Below, piece by piece: positions 28,241 to 38,001 of a stretch of 64,000 nucleotides of DNA. The first letter of the stretch is position 1, and every line of letters begins with the position of its first letter. A program made the position numbers and the translations under genes. The DNA comes from Oligoflexia bacterium (lineage in GTDB: Bacteria; Bdellovibrionota; Bdellovibrionia; JABDDW01), in assembly GCA_034439615.1 (NCBI GenBank), contig JAWXAT010000010.1, forward strand, positions 5,001-69,000, given 5' to 3'. The notes beneath the pieces are model-generated. The model searched no databases. It saw nothing but the letters and a program-made list of their open reading frames with translations, and had not been told where the DNA came from.

Positions 28241-28845
28241 AAAATATATTAAATCAATCAGGGCAACTCACCGTAGACTTCATGTTTTCACTGATTCTTA
28301 TTATCAGCATCTCTACTCTTTTAGGCGCACTGACATTTGCATTAACATTAACCGAAGTCGTACAGTATGTGAGTTTTGCCGGAAGCCGCGCTTATTTTGC
28401 AGCCGATCTCACCGAGACAGATCAAAAAAATGTTGGAAATAATAAAATGGAAGTTCTCACAAAGAGCTTACCCTTCTTAGCCTCAGCGCAAAAAGCTGGT
28501 TGGATCGTTCTTCCACCCCAAAGCCGCGATGTCGGAGATTTCACCGCGTATCGAGAACAAATAAATGCTCCATCTACCCGTAATCAATTTGTAGGCGCAC
28601 AAATCAAATTTATAATTCCGATATTAAATTTAAACTTACCTTTTTTGGGTGAAGCTATTGAACCGCCAAACGGAGGTTCTTTTAAAGCTACGGTATCAAG
28701 TTTTTTACTTCGAGAGCCCTCTTTTCAAGAATGCTCCAAATTCATGTCAACAAGTTATAAGGCACTTCTTGAAGTGGTCTCGCCAACATGCCCCGGGGGT
28801 TGTGATGCCGGAAGATTTATACCAATTACAGATAATGGATGTTGA
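28237..28845 (+). CDS. TadE/TadG-like pilus assembly protein
   Basis: SGQLTVDFMFSLILIISI N-terminal pilin-like segment followed by a soluble domain. Confidence 0.45.
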   Translation: MKNILNQSGQLTVDFMFSLILIISISTLLGALTFALTLTEVVQYVSFAGSRAYFAADLTETDQKNVGNNKMEVLTKSLPFLASAQKAGWIVLPPQSRDVGDFTAYREQINAPSTRNQFVGAQIKFIIPILNLNLPFLGEAIEPPNGGSFKATVSSFLLREPSFQECSKFMSTSYKALLEVVSPTCPGGCDAGRFIPITDNGC

Positions 28846-29324
28846 TGATGAAAATGTGTAAGAAAAATAAAAAGGATGAAAAAGGTTTTGCACTTGTAGA
28901 AACTTTAGCTTTTTTATTTGTGTTCATCACACTCACTGCTTACGTCATTGATTTTTTCACCGTCATTCATACAGGTATTTTAAATTCTATTGCTGCACGC
29001 ACCTATCTTTTTGAAACACTTCAACATCGCAGCAATCCAAACACTCTTCGACAAGAACTTACACTAGAAGAGGCCAAGCAAAAAGGGGTTGATTTCACAG
29101 CCGACGGACAACGATTTCACGCCATAAACGACGAAGATCAATTAGAAAATGATAATGCTCAAATCAGTGCCGTTGGTAGAATTTTAACTCAGGTAAAAGA
29201 AGATAATCAAGTTAAGCCAAGTATCACGCAGTCTGATCGATTGGATGATCGCACTTCAAAAGCATCAACGATCGTTATTAAATCTGGTTACGGAATTTGC
29301 TTAGATGCTCGGTGCGGGGGATAA
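28839..29324 (+). CDS. TadE-like protein
   Basis: EKGFALVETLAFLFVFITL N-terminus. Confidence 0.45.
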   Translation: MLMMKMCKKNKKDEKGFALVETLAFLFVFITLTAYVIDFFTVIHTGILNSIAARTYLFETLQHRSNPNTLRQELTLEEAKQKGVDFTADGQRFHAINDEDQLENDNAQISAVGRILTQVKEDNQVKPSITQSDRLDDRTSKASTIVIKSGYGICLDARCGG

Positions 29325-29326
29325 GT

Positions 29327-30247
29327 ATGAATCAAAACAGTAGAACATTTTGGGTATCAATGGGATGCGCACTCGTGGCGATGTTTCTTATTTACAGTTA
29401 CACTCAAGAGCAAAAAGCCCAATACGATAAACGCTACGGCACAACAAAAACAGTTCTCATTGCATCAAAAGATATAGTCGAAATGATCACTCTTGATGAA
29501 ACAATGTTAACTCAAGAAGAGCGTCCAGTTGATTTTATTCAGCCAGGTGCAATTGAAAACCCCGACGACGCTGTTGGTTTAGTAGCAGCTGCCCCCATTA
29601 AAAAAGGTGAGCAAATTTTACTGACAAAACTTTTAGCCCCCGGGCCAAACACCGGTCTATCACTACAAGTGGCTCCTGATAAACGCGCAGTTACAATTCC
29701 CGTTGACGAAGTCAGAGGCGTTGGAAAACTCATTCGCCCTGGCGATCGCGTAGATATACTTACAAGCATAAGTTATGGAGATGGTAAAAACGAGCGCCGC
29801 GAAGTTAAAACATTGCTCCAAGATATTTTGATATTAGCAACAGGTCTTAATGTCACAAATAATATACCTCGCGTATTACAACTTGATTCATTTAACGGAA
29901 AACCCGTTTATAAAAATCTTAACGGCGACACCGGTTATAATACCGTCACCGTAGAAGTAGATCCCCGTCAGGCGCAAAATCTAATTTACATTTTAAGCGT
30001 TGCGCCCGGAGCAATTTTTCTAAGCTTAAGAAATGGCAATGATAAAATTCTCACACGTTTAAGAACAGCCACAATTGATTCTGTCTTAGAAATGGACAGT
30101 GATCGCGCTTTACAAGCCAAACTTCAACAAGCCCAACAACAAGCAGCTACTGCCACTGCTGCAGCACAAGCTGCTAGCTCTGCCCAACGCGCTCCTGCTA
30201 AAGCGGGCGGCTTTGTCGAAGTTCGTGGCAGTGAAGTTAAGTATTAG
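29327..30247 (+). CDS. cpaB: Flp pilus assembly protein CpaB (SAF domain)
   Basis: N-terminal TM helix, a SAF-like domain, and its position between the pilins and the secretin. Confidence 0.7.
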   Translation: MNQNSRTFWVSMGCALVAMFLIYSYTQEQKAQYDKRYGTTKTVLIASKDIVEMITLDETMLTQEERPVDFIQPGAIENPDDAVGLVAAAPIKKGEQILLTKLLAPGPNTGLSLQVAPDKRAVTIPVDEVRGVGKLIRPGDRVDILTSISYGDGKNERREVKTLLQDILILATGLNVTNNIPRVLQLDSFNGKPVYKNLNGDTGYNTVTVEVDPRQAQNLIYILSVAPGAIFLSLRNGNDKILTRLRTATIDSVLEMDSDRALQAKLQQAQQQAATATAAAQAASSAQRAPAKAGGFVEVRGSEVKY

Positions 30248-30255
30248 GGAGGATC

Positions 30256-31728
30256 ATGAAGATTAAGGTGAAAATGTTGATATTTTTATTTCTAGGATTT
30301 CTTATCCTGGTACCAAATCAAAGTTTTGCTGGAAAGCAATACATCGGCCTTACCATTGGTTTGACTGAGGAAAAGAAAGTTCCAAACATGCCTGATACTT
30401 TAAGCGAAGATTCATCGTACAACCGAAGTGTTGTAAGAATCGCAATTGCTAAAGAATTAAAAATCATTCGCTTTGAGCCCCTACAAGCCGGAACCACAAA
30501 TTTTAACTTACGCGATTCAAAAGGCCGACTCATTGCCGAATACGTCATCACTGTACGAAAAAACAATCTTAACCGCGTTGCTTCAGAAATTAAAAGCCTA
30601 CTAGGTGACGTTGATGGCATTCAAATTAAAATAGTTAATAACAAGGTCATTATCGACGGAGAAATATTATTACCACGAGATATGAACCGCATTTATAGTG
30701 TTGTTACTCAATTTAGCGATGTTGCCTCAAGCATTGTTACAATGAGTCCACTTGCTCAGAAAAAAATCGCTGAACTTATTGAAAAGGATATCGGTAACCC
30801 TGAGATTCATGTTCGCGCTGTTAATGAAAAATTTATTCTTGAAGGTGTAGCTGCAAGTGAATCCGAAAAGCAAAAAGCTGAGATCATAGCAAAAACATAT
30901 GTTCCCGACATTATTATTGAAGCTGCAGAGAGTGCGGGGCTTCTTAAAAAACGTAAAATTGATTCTGTAATTAATTTATTAAGTGTTAAGCCCGGTGCTG
31001 AACCCCAACCCGGTAAAATCATCAAGGTTGTTGTTCACTTTGTTGAACTTCAAAAAGATTACACGCGGGGTTTTAGATTTCAATGGACCCCTACTTTAAA
31101 AGAAGATTCAGGAGTGCAATTCTCCACCGGTGGCAACTCACCGGGAGGAGTTTTAAGCACGATCACAGGTACAATAAACGATTTATTGCCAAAACTTAAT
31201 TTCGCAAAAGCACACGGGCATGCGCGCGTTCTTCAAAGCTCAAGCATTATCGTTCAAGATGGAAATCCCGGAATGATTAAATCAATTACGCGTATTCCAT
31301 ACACCGTTCAAAATCAGTACGGTCAACTCACAACAAATTTTGAAGAAGCTGGCATTGACATGACAATTACTCCCAGCATTGTGAGTAGCAAATCAGACAG
31401 CGTGAATATGACTATCGTATTTAGTTTAAAAAGTCTTATCGGTCAGACCGAAAAAGGCCCGCTTGTTAGTAGTAAAAGCATTTCTACTCGTCTTGCCGTA
31501 CGAAGTGCACAAAGTGCAGCAATTGGTGGACTCGTAAGCAATGACTCAAGCATGGCTTATAATCGATTACCAAAAGGTGCTAGTGAGAATCCTTTGATTT
31601 CACTGTATGCCAGTAAACAGTTTCAGCGTAACCAAAGTCAATTTGTGGTGTTTGTCACACCCGTAATTATGTATTCAGCCTCTGAAGGCAGTGATGACAT
31701 CAAAAAGAAGTTTCGCTTAAAAGAATAA
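30256..31728 (+). CDS. cpaC: Flp pilus secretin CpaC/RcpA
   Basis: Signal peptide and a C-terminal secretin domain (…GGLVSNDSSMAYNRLP…ENPLISLYAS…QFVVFVTPVIM). Confidence 0.8.
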   Translation: MKIKVKMLIFLFLGFLILVPNQSFAGKQYIGLTIGLTEEKKVPNMPDTLSEDSSYNRSVVRIAIAKELKIIRFEPLQAGTTNFNLRDSKGRLIAEYVITVRKNNLNRVASEIKSLLGDVDGIQIKIVNNKVIIDGEILLPRDMNRIYSVVTQFSDVASSIVTMSPLAQKKIAELIEKDIGNPEIHVRAVNEKFILEGVAASESEKQKAEIIAKTYVPDIIIEAAESAGLLKKRKIDSVINLLSVKPGAEPQPGKIIKVVVHFVELQKDYTRGFRFQWTPTLKEDSGVQFSTGGNSPGGVLSTITGTINDLLPKLNFAKAHGHARVLQSSSIIVQDGNPGMIKSITRIPYTVQNQYGQLTTNFEEAGIDMTITPSIVSSKSDSVNMTIVFSLKSLIGQTEKGPLVSSKSISTRLAVRSAQSAAIGGLVSNDSSMAYNRLPKGASENPLISLYASKQFQRNQSQFVVFVTPVIMYSASEGSDDIKKKFRLKE

Positions 31729-31810
31729 GCTAAAACTCGACTCGACATAGATCTAGTTACCTTGAAGATTCTCACGTTTTTTCCGATAAGAAGTTGGGAG
31801 AAAAGTCACT

Positions 31811-34006
31811 GTGGCGATCAATCAACAATGTCATATCATTGCGGTATCAGGCGGAAAAGGCGGCGTTGGCAAAAGTGTTTTTGCAGCAGGCTTTGCCCAA
31901 GCTCTGATTTTAGAATTGCGTGCTCGCGTTTTACTTATCGACCTTGATGCACAAAGTTGTGGTGATCAAAACGTCATTCTTGGTTTACGTCCGAATAAAA
32001 CAATTTCTGAAGTCGCAACGTTTAGCGGACAAATTGCGCCAGCAACAATTAATTCTCTCATTACACCACATGCATCAGGCTTACATTTTATCGGTGCTGT
32101 AAAAAGCCCTAGCGATGCCTATGATGTGAATATCGAAGGTCTTAAAAAATCTCTCGATGGCTTAAGTAATTTTTATAATTTTATCATTGTAGATGTTGGC
32201 ACTACTTTTTTAAATCCACAACTCGCAGTTATGGAAGTTGCCTCATGCGCACTGGTATTAACATTGCCTGAAATATTAGCTGTAAATCAAACCATGAAAA
32301 TGCTCAATCAACTTATGGGCATGATGTTCCCATCTGACATGCTTCAAATAGTTATTAACAAAGTGGGCGCTGGTTCACAACTCAACCCCCAGGGTGTCGC
32401 TCAAGCTTTAAGAAAAAATGTTGTGGGTTTAATTCCTCAAGACGACACAACAGCAGGTGCGGCCCTTGCTCGCTCAACCCCTTTTGTAGCGTCGCAACCC
32501 AGAACCGCAATTTCAGTAGCATTTCACGAGACCGTAAGAAAACTCACACAAGGTGGCGCACTTGATAAAATGCGACAACTTAATAAACCCAAAAGTGTTA
32601 AAGCTATTGATACAACGGGCAATCAAATCAAAGCTCTCGGTGCTGCGAGCACAACACAAGCGCGCCCCAATGATACAAAAAAATCTGAAGAGTTTGATGT
32701 TCGCACAAGTCTTAAGCGACGCTTACACCGCGGCCTTATTGAAACAATGGATCTCAAAAAAGGCATTACTGAAACAGGTGGTGATGTTGCAAAAGAAAGT
32801 GATCTGAGACTTAAAACTCAACAAGTCATTGCTAGTCTTCTTGAAAAAGAAGGGCAAAGTTTTTCTCGCGAAGAGCGCGCACAAATCGTAAAAGAAGTTC
32901 TTGATGAAGCCTTAGGCCTTGGGCCACTGGAAGATTTATTAGCTGATATCGCAGTTTCTGAAATCATGGTTAATAGACGTGATCTTATCTTCGTTGAGAG
33001 AAATGGTCGACTTACAAAATCTGATTTAAGTTTTACTAGCAACCAACAACTTCTCACAATCATAGAAAGAATCGTTACACCACTTGGTCGTCGCATTGAT
33101 GAAAAATCACCTTACGTTGATGCAAGACTTAAAGACGGAAGCCGCGTGAATGCTGTGATTCCACCACTAGCACTTGACGGCCCCTGTATCACGATAAGAA
33201 AATTTGCAAAAACTCCCATCACATATAAAGACTATGTTGGCTTTGGCACAATGACTGAACCGATGATAGATTTCTTGCGCATCTGCATTGAAAATAGACT
33301 CAACGTTATTATCAGCGGTGGTACAGGTTCTGGTAAAACAACACTCCTGAATGTGCTCTCAGGGTTTATTCCCGCTACTGAGCGCATCATAACTGTTGAA
33401 GATGCAGCAGAACTACAACTTAAACAAGAACATGTTATTCGCCTTGAAACTCGCCCCTCAAACATTGAAGGCGAGGGAGCCGTTACGATTCGCGATCTCG
33501 TACGCAACACACTACGCATGCGACCTGATAGAATTATCGTCGGAGAATGTCGAGGCGGTGAAGCATTAGATATGCTCTCAGCTATGAATACAGGTCACGA
33601 TGGAAGTTTAACAACAGTGCATTCAAATAATCCACGTGAAGCTGTTAGTCGTCTTGAAACACTTTGTTTAATGTCTGGCATGGAACTCCCAGCACGCGCC
33701 ATTCGTGAACAAGTTGCAAGTGCAATAGATCTCATTATTCAAATTAGTAGACTCTCAGATGGTACACGAAAAATTACCAGTATTACCGAAGTCATCGGAA
33801 TGCAAGGTGACATCGTCACACTTCAAGAAATTTATCGATACAAAGAAGAAGGTTTTGATAAAAATAGAAAAATCATCGGCCAATTTCAAGCTACTGGTTT
33901 TATACCAACTTTCATTGAAGAGTTTGAACGTAAAGGTGTGAAAGTTCCGCGCACACTTTTTACCGGCGTGAGTAACGGATTAGCCGCTGGAGGAGTTAAG
34001 AAATGA
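31811..34006 (+). CDS. cpaF: In-frame fusion of a TadZ/CpaE-like ParA/MinD ATPase domain and the CpaF/TadA secretion ATPase
   Basis: Residues 1-~250 carry the deviant Walker A of ParA/MinD (IIAVSGGKGGVGKS, LIDLD, IIVDVGT). Residues ~300-731 are a full CpaF (GLGPLEDLL, IMVNRRD, Walker A GGTGSGKTT, Walker B, Asp/His boxes). One continuous 731-aa frame begins at GTG. Confidence 0.8.
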   Translation: MAINQQCHIIAVSGGKGGVGKSVFAAGFAQALILELRARVLLIDLDAQSCGDQNVILGLRPNKTISEVATFSGQIAPATINSLITPHASGLHFIGAVKSPSDAYDVNIEGLKKSLDGLSNFYNFIIVDVGTTFLNPQLAVMEVASCALVLTLPEILAVNQTMKMLNQLMGMMFPSDMLQIVINKVGAGSQLNPQGVAQALRKNVVGLIPQDDTTAGAALARSTPFVASQPRTAISVAFHETVRKLTQGGALDKMRQLNKPKSVKAIDTTGNQIKALGAASTTQARPNDTKKSEEFDVRTSLKRRLHRGLIETMDLKKGITETGGDVAKESDLRLKTQQVIASLLEKEGQSFSREERAQIVKEVLDEALGLGPLEDLLADIAVSEIMVNRRDLIFVERNGRLTKSDLSFTSNQQLLTIIERIVTPLGRRIDEKSPYVDARLKDGSRVNAVIPPLALDGPCITIRKFAKTPITYKDYVGFGTMTEPMIDFLRICIENRLNVIISGGTGSGKTTLLNVLSGFIPATERIITVEDAAELQLKQEHVIRLETRPSNIEGEGAVTIRDLVRNTLRMRPDRIIVGECRGGEALDMLSAMNTGHDGSLTTVHSNNPREAVSRLETLCLMSGMELPARAIREQVASAIDLIIQISRLSDGTRKITSITEVIGMQGDIVTLQEIYRYKEEGFDKNRKIIGQFQATGFIPTFIEEFERKGVKVPRTLFTGVSNGLAAGGVKK

Positions 34007-34878
34007 CCCTCTTTGGCTCTCCATGGATCGTTATACCTGGCGTAGGAATGTGTATTTTTATTATTGTCTACTCTTACGCAGATCGTATTCTCGAATGGCT
34101 AAAAGAACAAAGCCTTGGCAATCGTGAGTACGTTATTAAGCGCCTTGATATTATGTTTGTTGAAATCAATCATCGCCAGATCACAGGCGCCATGCTCATG
34201 GGAAGTTTTGGCGGCGGCGCACTTGTATTTATTTTGTTTTATCCTAATTTATTATTTGGAATCACACTCGGTTGCATTGTTACCTTTGTGGGCTGGAAGA
34301 TTCCCCGATTTTTGGTTGACGCTTACTATGCGCGCAGATCAAGTCAGTTTGTCGATCAACTAGTTGACGGCCTAACATTGATGTCAAGCGGACTCAAATC
34401 AGGTTTAAGTATTCCTCAAGCCATGAAATTAATCGTCGATAATATGCCCGATCCAATTTCCCAAGAATTTGAACTTATGCTCTCACAAATTTCCTTAGGC
34501 GTAAGTTTAGAAGAAGTTATGGTAGATCTCGCAAAACGTATTCCCTATGCGGATGTTCAAATGTTCGTGACTGCTGTTAACATTCTCAAAGACACCGGCG
34601 GAAATATTGCTGAAACTTTTGACACGATCGTAAAAACAATTCGTGAGAGAATTAAAATAGAGAAAAAAATCGCAGCCGTAACAGCACAAGGTGTTATGCA
34701 AGGAATGATTATAACCGCCACACCGTTTGTACTGCTTGTGGTGTTTTATTTTATGGATCCAGCTTACATTGCACCACTTTTTAATAAGACATTGGGCTGG
34801 TTCATCTTGGTAATCATGTTGACGCTACAAATTATTGGTGGCTTGATGATCAGGAAAATTGTTAAAATTAAGGTCTAA
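34003..34878 (+). CDS. TadB/TadC-type (T2SS-F domain) inner-membrane platform protein
   Basis: A single 291-aa GspF-like protein overlapping the ATPase gene stop. No second TadB/C paralog follows. Confidence 0.7.
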   Translation: MTLFGSPWIVIPGVGMCIFIIVYSYADRILEWLKEQSLGNREYVIKRLDIMFVEINHRQITGAMLMGSFGGGALVFILFYPNLLFGITLGCIVTFVGWKIPRFLVDAYYARRSSQFVDQLVDGLTLMSSGLKSGLSIPQAMKLIVDNMPDPISQEFELMLSQISLGVSLEEVMVDLAKRIPYADVQMFVTAVNILKDTGGNIAETFDTIVKTIRERIKIEKKIAAVTAQGVMQGMIITATPFVLLVVFYFMDPAYIAPLFNKTLGWFILVIMLTLQIIGGLMIRKIVKIKV

Positions 34879-34898
34879 CAACAATATGGGAATTTTCA

Positions 34899-36530
34899 AT
34901 GAAAACAATTTTTAATGCACTGGTTTTGACACTGAGTTTGGTTTCTATTAATGCCCACGCTCTTGTCGATTTAAAAAACGCTAATTACGCTGATGCGTGG
35001 TTAGACCTATCTATTCCCGGCACAGGTTATGATCTTAAAGTTGTTCGAGCTTATAACAGCCGCACTCTTTATAATGGTCTGTTTGGTTTTGGATGGTGTT
35101 CTGATTTTGAAACCTCACTTGAAATCACCGCCGAAGGAAATCTCAGGCTTACAGAATGTGGCGCCGGACAAGAAACACTATTTTTATCAAAAGGCTTTTC
35201 AGAAAAAGACATTGAGAAAACAGTTAAAACTATTATTGAAAAAACAAAGGCCGATAATCCCAATTCAAATGCAGCTTATTTGAATGAATTAGAAAAACGA
35301 TTAAAAACAGAAAACGCACTTCGCTCTGAGTATGCCAGTAAATACAATATCGTTCGCCCTATCGTCGATAAATCGCGCTTCTACGCTCACGGGCGTGATG
35401 TTGAATTTATTGAAAAATCTGGAAATTACTATTCACGCACAACAGTTGAAGGCAGCATTCAAAAATTTACATTGCAGGGAAAGCTTGAAAAAATTTATGA
35501 CCGCAACAGCAATTACCTCACCTTCGCTTACGACGGAAAACGCCTTCGCGATGTAGCTGACAACAATGGCCGTAAAATAAGTTTTAGCTATTATGACAAT
35601 GGCAAAGTAAAAAGCATCACCGGGCCTGGTGGAATTCAAGTCGATTATAAATTTAAGAATCTAAATGATCTCATCTATGTCAAAGCCGCTAACGGGCAGA
35701 TTTTCACATATGACTACGATGATCTCCATAATCTAACAAAAGTAACATTTCCAGATAAAGCCACTAAAGAACTTACCTACAATAAAAACTACGATCTCGT
35801 GACTTCATATAAAGATCCAGAAGGTTGCCTTGAGACTTATGATTACAAAGAGTCCGAAGACAAACCACGTGATCATTTTTGGGCAAGCGTTATTAAAAAA
35901 TGCAAAGACAAAATAATCTTGAGAGCAAAATATGAATTTTGGTACGAACTTAAAAACGATAAAACCGGAAAATATCTTAAGCGCAGTAAAACCCAAGAAA
36001 ACGATGCGAGCACAGATGTTACATATAATGAACTAGGCAAACCCATGAATGTTGCTCGTAACGGTAAATCTACAAAATTTGAATACTACGATAATGGGCT
36101 TTTGAAAAAGAAACTCACACCCGATGGAGTTTCAACAGTATTGCAATATGATGCGAATCTTAAAAAAGTTAACAAAGTTATTCGCGGCAATAAATCCAGT
36201 GAGTTCTTTTACGACACCAAAGGAAATCTCGTTAGAGCCAGTAATTCTGATGGCCAAAAAATCACACTAAACTATGATGCTCGCGGACGCATCGCTGTTA
36301 TTGAAGACCAAGCAAAACGCAAAGTAGCAATCAAGTACGAAGAGCGTTTTGGAAAGCCTTCCATTATTGAGCGTGAGGGGGTTGGCAGCATTACTGTTAA
36401 TTACGGCAAAGGTGGCGAAATCGAAAAAGTAACAAGCCCCGCCGGCCCATCGGTCGCCATTCAAGTGGCAAGTACATTTAGCAATCTTTTAGATTTATTA
36501 CAGCCCACGGGCGTAAGCTTGAGCTTTTAA
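34899..36530 (+). CDS. Secreted YD-repeat (Rhs-like repeat) protein, short form
   Basis: Signal peptide and repeated YD motifs (ISFSYYDNGKVKSITGPGG, FTYDYDDLHNLTKVTFPD, LETYDY, KFEYYDNGLLKKKL…). No C-terminal toxin domain is evident. Confidence 0.55.
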   Translation: MKTIFNALVLTLSLVSINAHALVDLKNANYADAWLDLSIPGTGYDLKVVRAYNSRTLYNGLFGFGWCSDFETSLEITAEGNLRLTECGAGQETLFLSKGFSEKDIEKTVKTIIEKTKADNPNSNAAYLNELEKRLKTENALRSEYASKYNIVRPIVDKSRFYAHGRDVEFIEKSGNYYSRTTVEGSIQKFTLQGKLEKIYDRNSNYLTFAYDGKRLRDVADNNGRKISFSYYDNGKVKSITGPGGIQVDYKFKNLNDLIYVKAANGQIFTYDYDDLHNLTKVTFPDKATKELTYNKNYDLVTSYKDPEGCLETYDYKESEDKPRDHFWASVIKKCKDKIILRAKYEFWYELKNDKTGKYLKRSKTQENDASTDVTYNELGKPMNVARNGKSTKFEYYDNGLLKKKLTPDGVSTVLQYDANLKKVNKVIRGNKSSEFFYDTKGNLVRASNSDGQKITLNYDARGRIAVIEDQAKRKVAIKYEERFGKPSIIEREGVGSITVNYGKGGEIEKVTSPAGPSVAIQVASTFSNLLDLLQPTGVSLSF

Positions 36531-36533
36531 GGA

Positions 36534-36833
36534 GTGAACATGAAAAAAATAATTAGCGTATTAGTTTTTATCCTCATGAGCGTTTTCGTCTCAAGTGCTA
36601 TAGCAACTAAGACTCAAGATTTGTATGGTGGAATTAATGCGCAAACAGTGGGCTTTCGCGGCACTCCCTACCAACCATCTTCCGGAGGAGGCGGTGCATT
36701 CCATGGAAATACTGAACTCTGCGATCAAAATCAAAACTGCGATTTAGCTCTGAATCCCGAAGAATGTCGTCGCAAATTTCAACTTACATCAGATGCAACC
36801 GGCAATACTGGCGGCTCAGGCTCCGCCAGATAA
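36534..36833 (+). CDS. Small secreted Gly-rich protein
   Basis: Signal peptide, a GGGG stretch and paired Cys residues. Confidence 0.3.
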   Translation: MNMKKIISVLVFILMSVFVSSAIATKTQDLYGGINAQTVGFRGTPYQPSSGGGGAFHGNTELCDQNQNCDLALNPEECRRKFQLTSDATGNTGGSGSAR

Positions 36834-36978
36834 GCTGACTGCACGGCATCCAGTTGTCTGTTCTTTAGACAACCACACGGTCAAGAACCCATTTCACCTC
36901 TGTAATATCAGCTAGTTAGCCCACCCACTCCCTTGGCACATAGCTTGTAATACTAAGTCCATGAAGGAGAGTGTATTT

Positions 36979-37197
36979 ATGAACAAACTCTTATTGTTAT
37001 TCGCATTTGCCATGATTTCATCTACCGCTCACGCCGTTGATATAAAAGGTAGTGAAGAGTGTATTTTAAAATCAGCGCGCAATGATTCTCGTTATTTTGA
37101 GAAACGCCGTTGTACTACTGAACTTTCATGTGAAGCAAAATATGTGAAGGCAAACAGTAATCAAGGCAAAACATCTAGTGGAAAAAGAGAACAATAA
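36979..37197 (+). CDS. Small secreted protein
   Basis: Signal peptide MNKLLLLFAFAMISSTAHA. Hypothetical. Confidence 0.3.
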   Translation: MNKLLLLFAFAMISSTAHAVDIKGSEECILKSARNDSRYFEKRRCTTELSCEAKYVKANSNQGKTSSGKREQ

Positions 37198-37566
37198 TTA
37201 CCGTGGATGAGGAACCGAAGATTTCACTCTTGGAGCGATTTCTTCTAAATCCTCATCATCTTCTTTTCCATCGTTATGTCTTTTAAGTTCAAAATTTCCA
37301 AGACTGCGATCTTTTTTATCTTCACGTCGTTTACTCAATTTTGACAAAATCTTACGTACATTCGTATCTGCTGATTTGTATCCCGCCCTTGTGAGCACAA
37401 CACCGCCATCGACTGCCTCTTGAATGAGATCCACAAAGACAGATGTTTTAATCCAGTGATGAAATTCTTCTTCAACACTTTTATCACCAAACTTAGTTTG
37501 AAAAGCCAATGCAACAATAACGGTAAGGCCGAGCATTTTTATCACGAACAAAAGGTCTTTAATCAC
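37198..37566 (-). CDS. Hypothetical membrane-anchored protein with acidic C-terminus
   Basis: N-terminal TM helix. Overlaps the receiver gene by 4 nt. Confidence 0.35.
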   Translation of the reverse strand: MIKDLLFVIKMLGLTVIVALAFQTKFGDKSVEEEFHHWIKTSVFVDLIQEAVDGGVVLTRAGYKSADTNVRKILSKLSKRREDKKDRSLGNFELKRHNDGKEDDEDLEEIAPRVKSSVPHPR

Positions 37567-37946
37567 GATGAAACCCCCAGGTGTTTTTCACAAACCTTAT
37601 TTACAATTGCTATCACGTCTTTTGCGGCAAAGGGTTTCTTGATAAAATCATGGGCCCCCGCCTCCATTATTTTCATAAGCATCGTATCTTGATCTACAGT
37701 ACTACAGGCAATTATTTTAGTGTTAGGAAGTAACGCACAGATTTCTTTTGTGGCTTGCACACCACTTTTTCGCGGCATGACGATATCCATAATGATTAAA
37801 TCAGGCTTAAACTCCTGAGCTTTTTGCACGGCATCCTCGCCATCTTCCGCCTCCGCCACGACGATATGTCCAGATTTTAATAAAATCTGTCTCAGGACTT
37901 CGCGAATGAAGGGTGCATCGTCTACAATAAGTACATGAAGTTTCAT
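37563..37946 (-). CDS. Stand-alone CheY-like response regulator receiver
   Basis: Conserved Asp positions (VLIVDDAPFIR, the phospho-acceptor Asp in DLIIMDIVMP, and the T/K positions). Confidence 0.8.
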   Translation of the reverse strand: MKLHVLIVDDAPFIREVLRQILLKSGHIVVAEAEDGEDAVQKAQEFKPDLIIMDIVMPRKSGVQATKEICALLPNTKIIACSTVDQDTMLMKIMEAGAHDFIKKPFAAKDVIAIVNKVCEKHLGVSS

Positions 37947-38001
37947 GATATCATTATAAGCTTGCTACGACCGCACACCCAAAAGGATAATTAGAGTTTC
38001 C

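Noticed and set aside
31762-31947. 61-aa ORF upstream of and overlapping the tadZ::cpaF start
   Set aside because: It is in a different frame, Cys/Arg-rich, and overlaps the GTG-initiated ATPase frame whose Walker A motif begins immediately.
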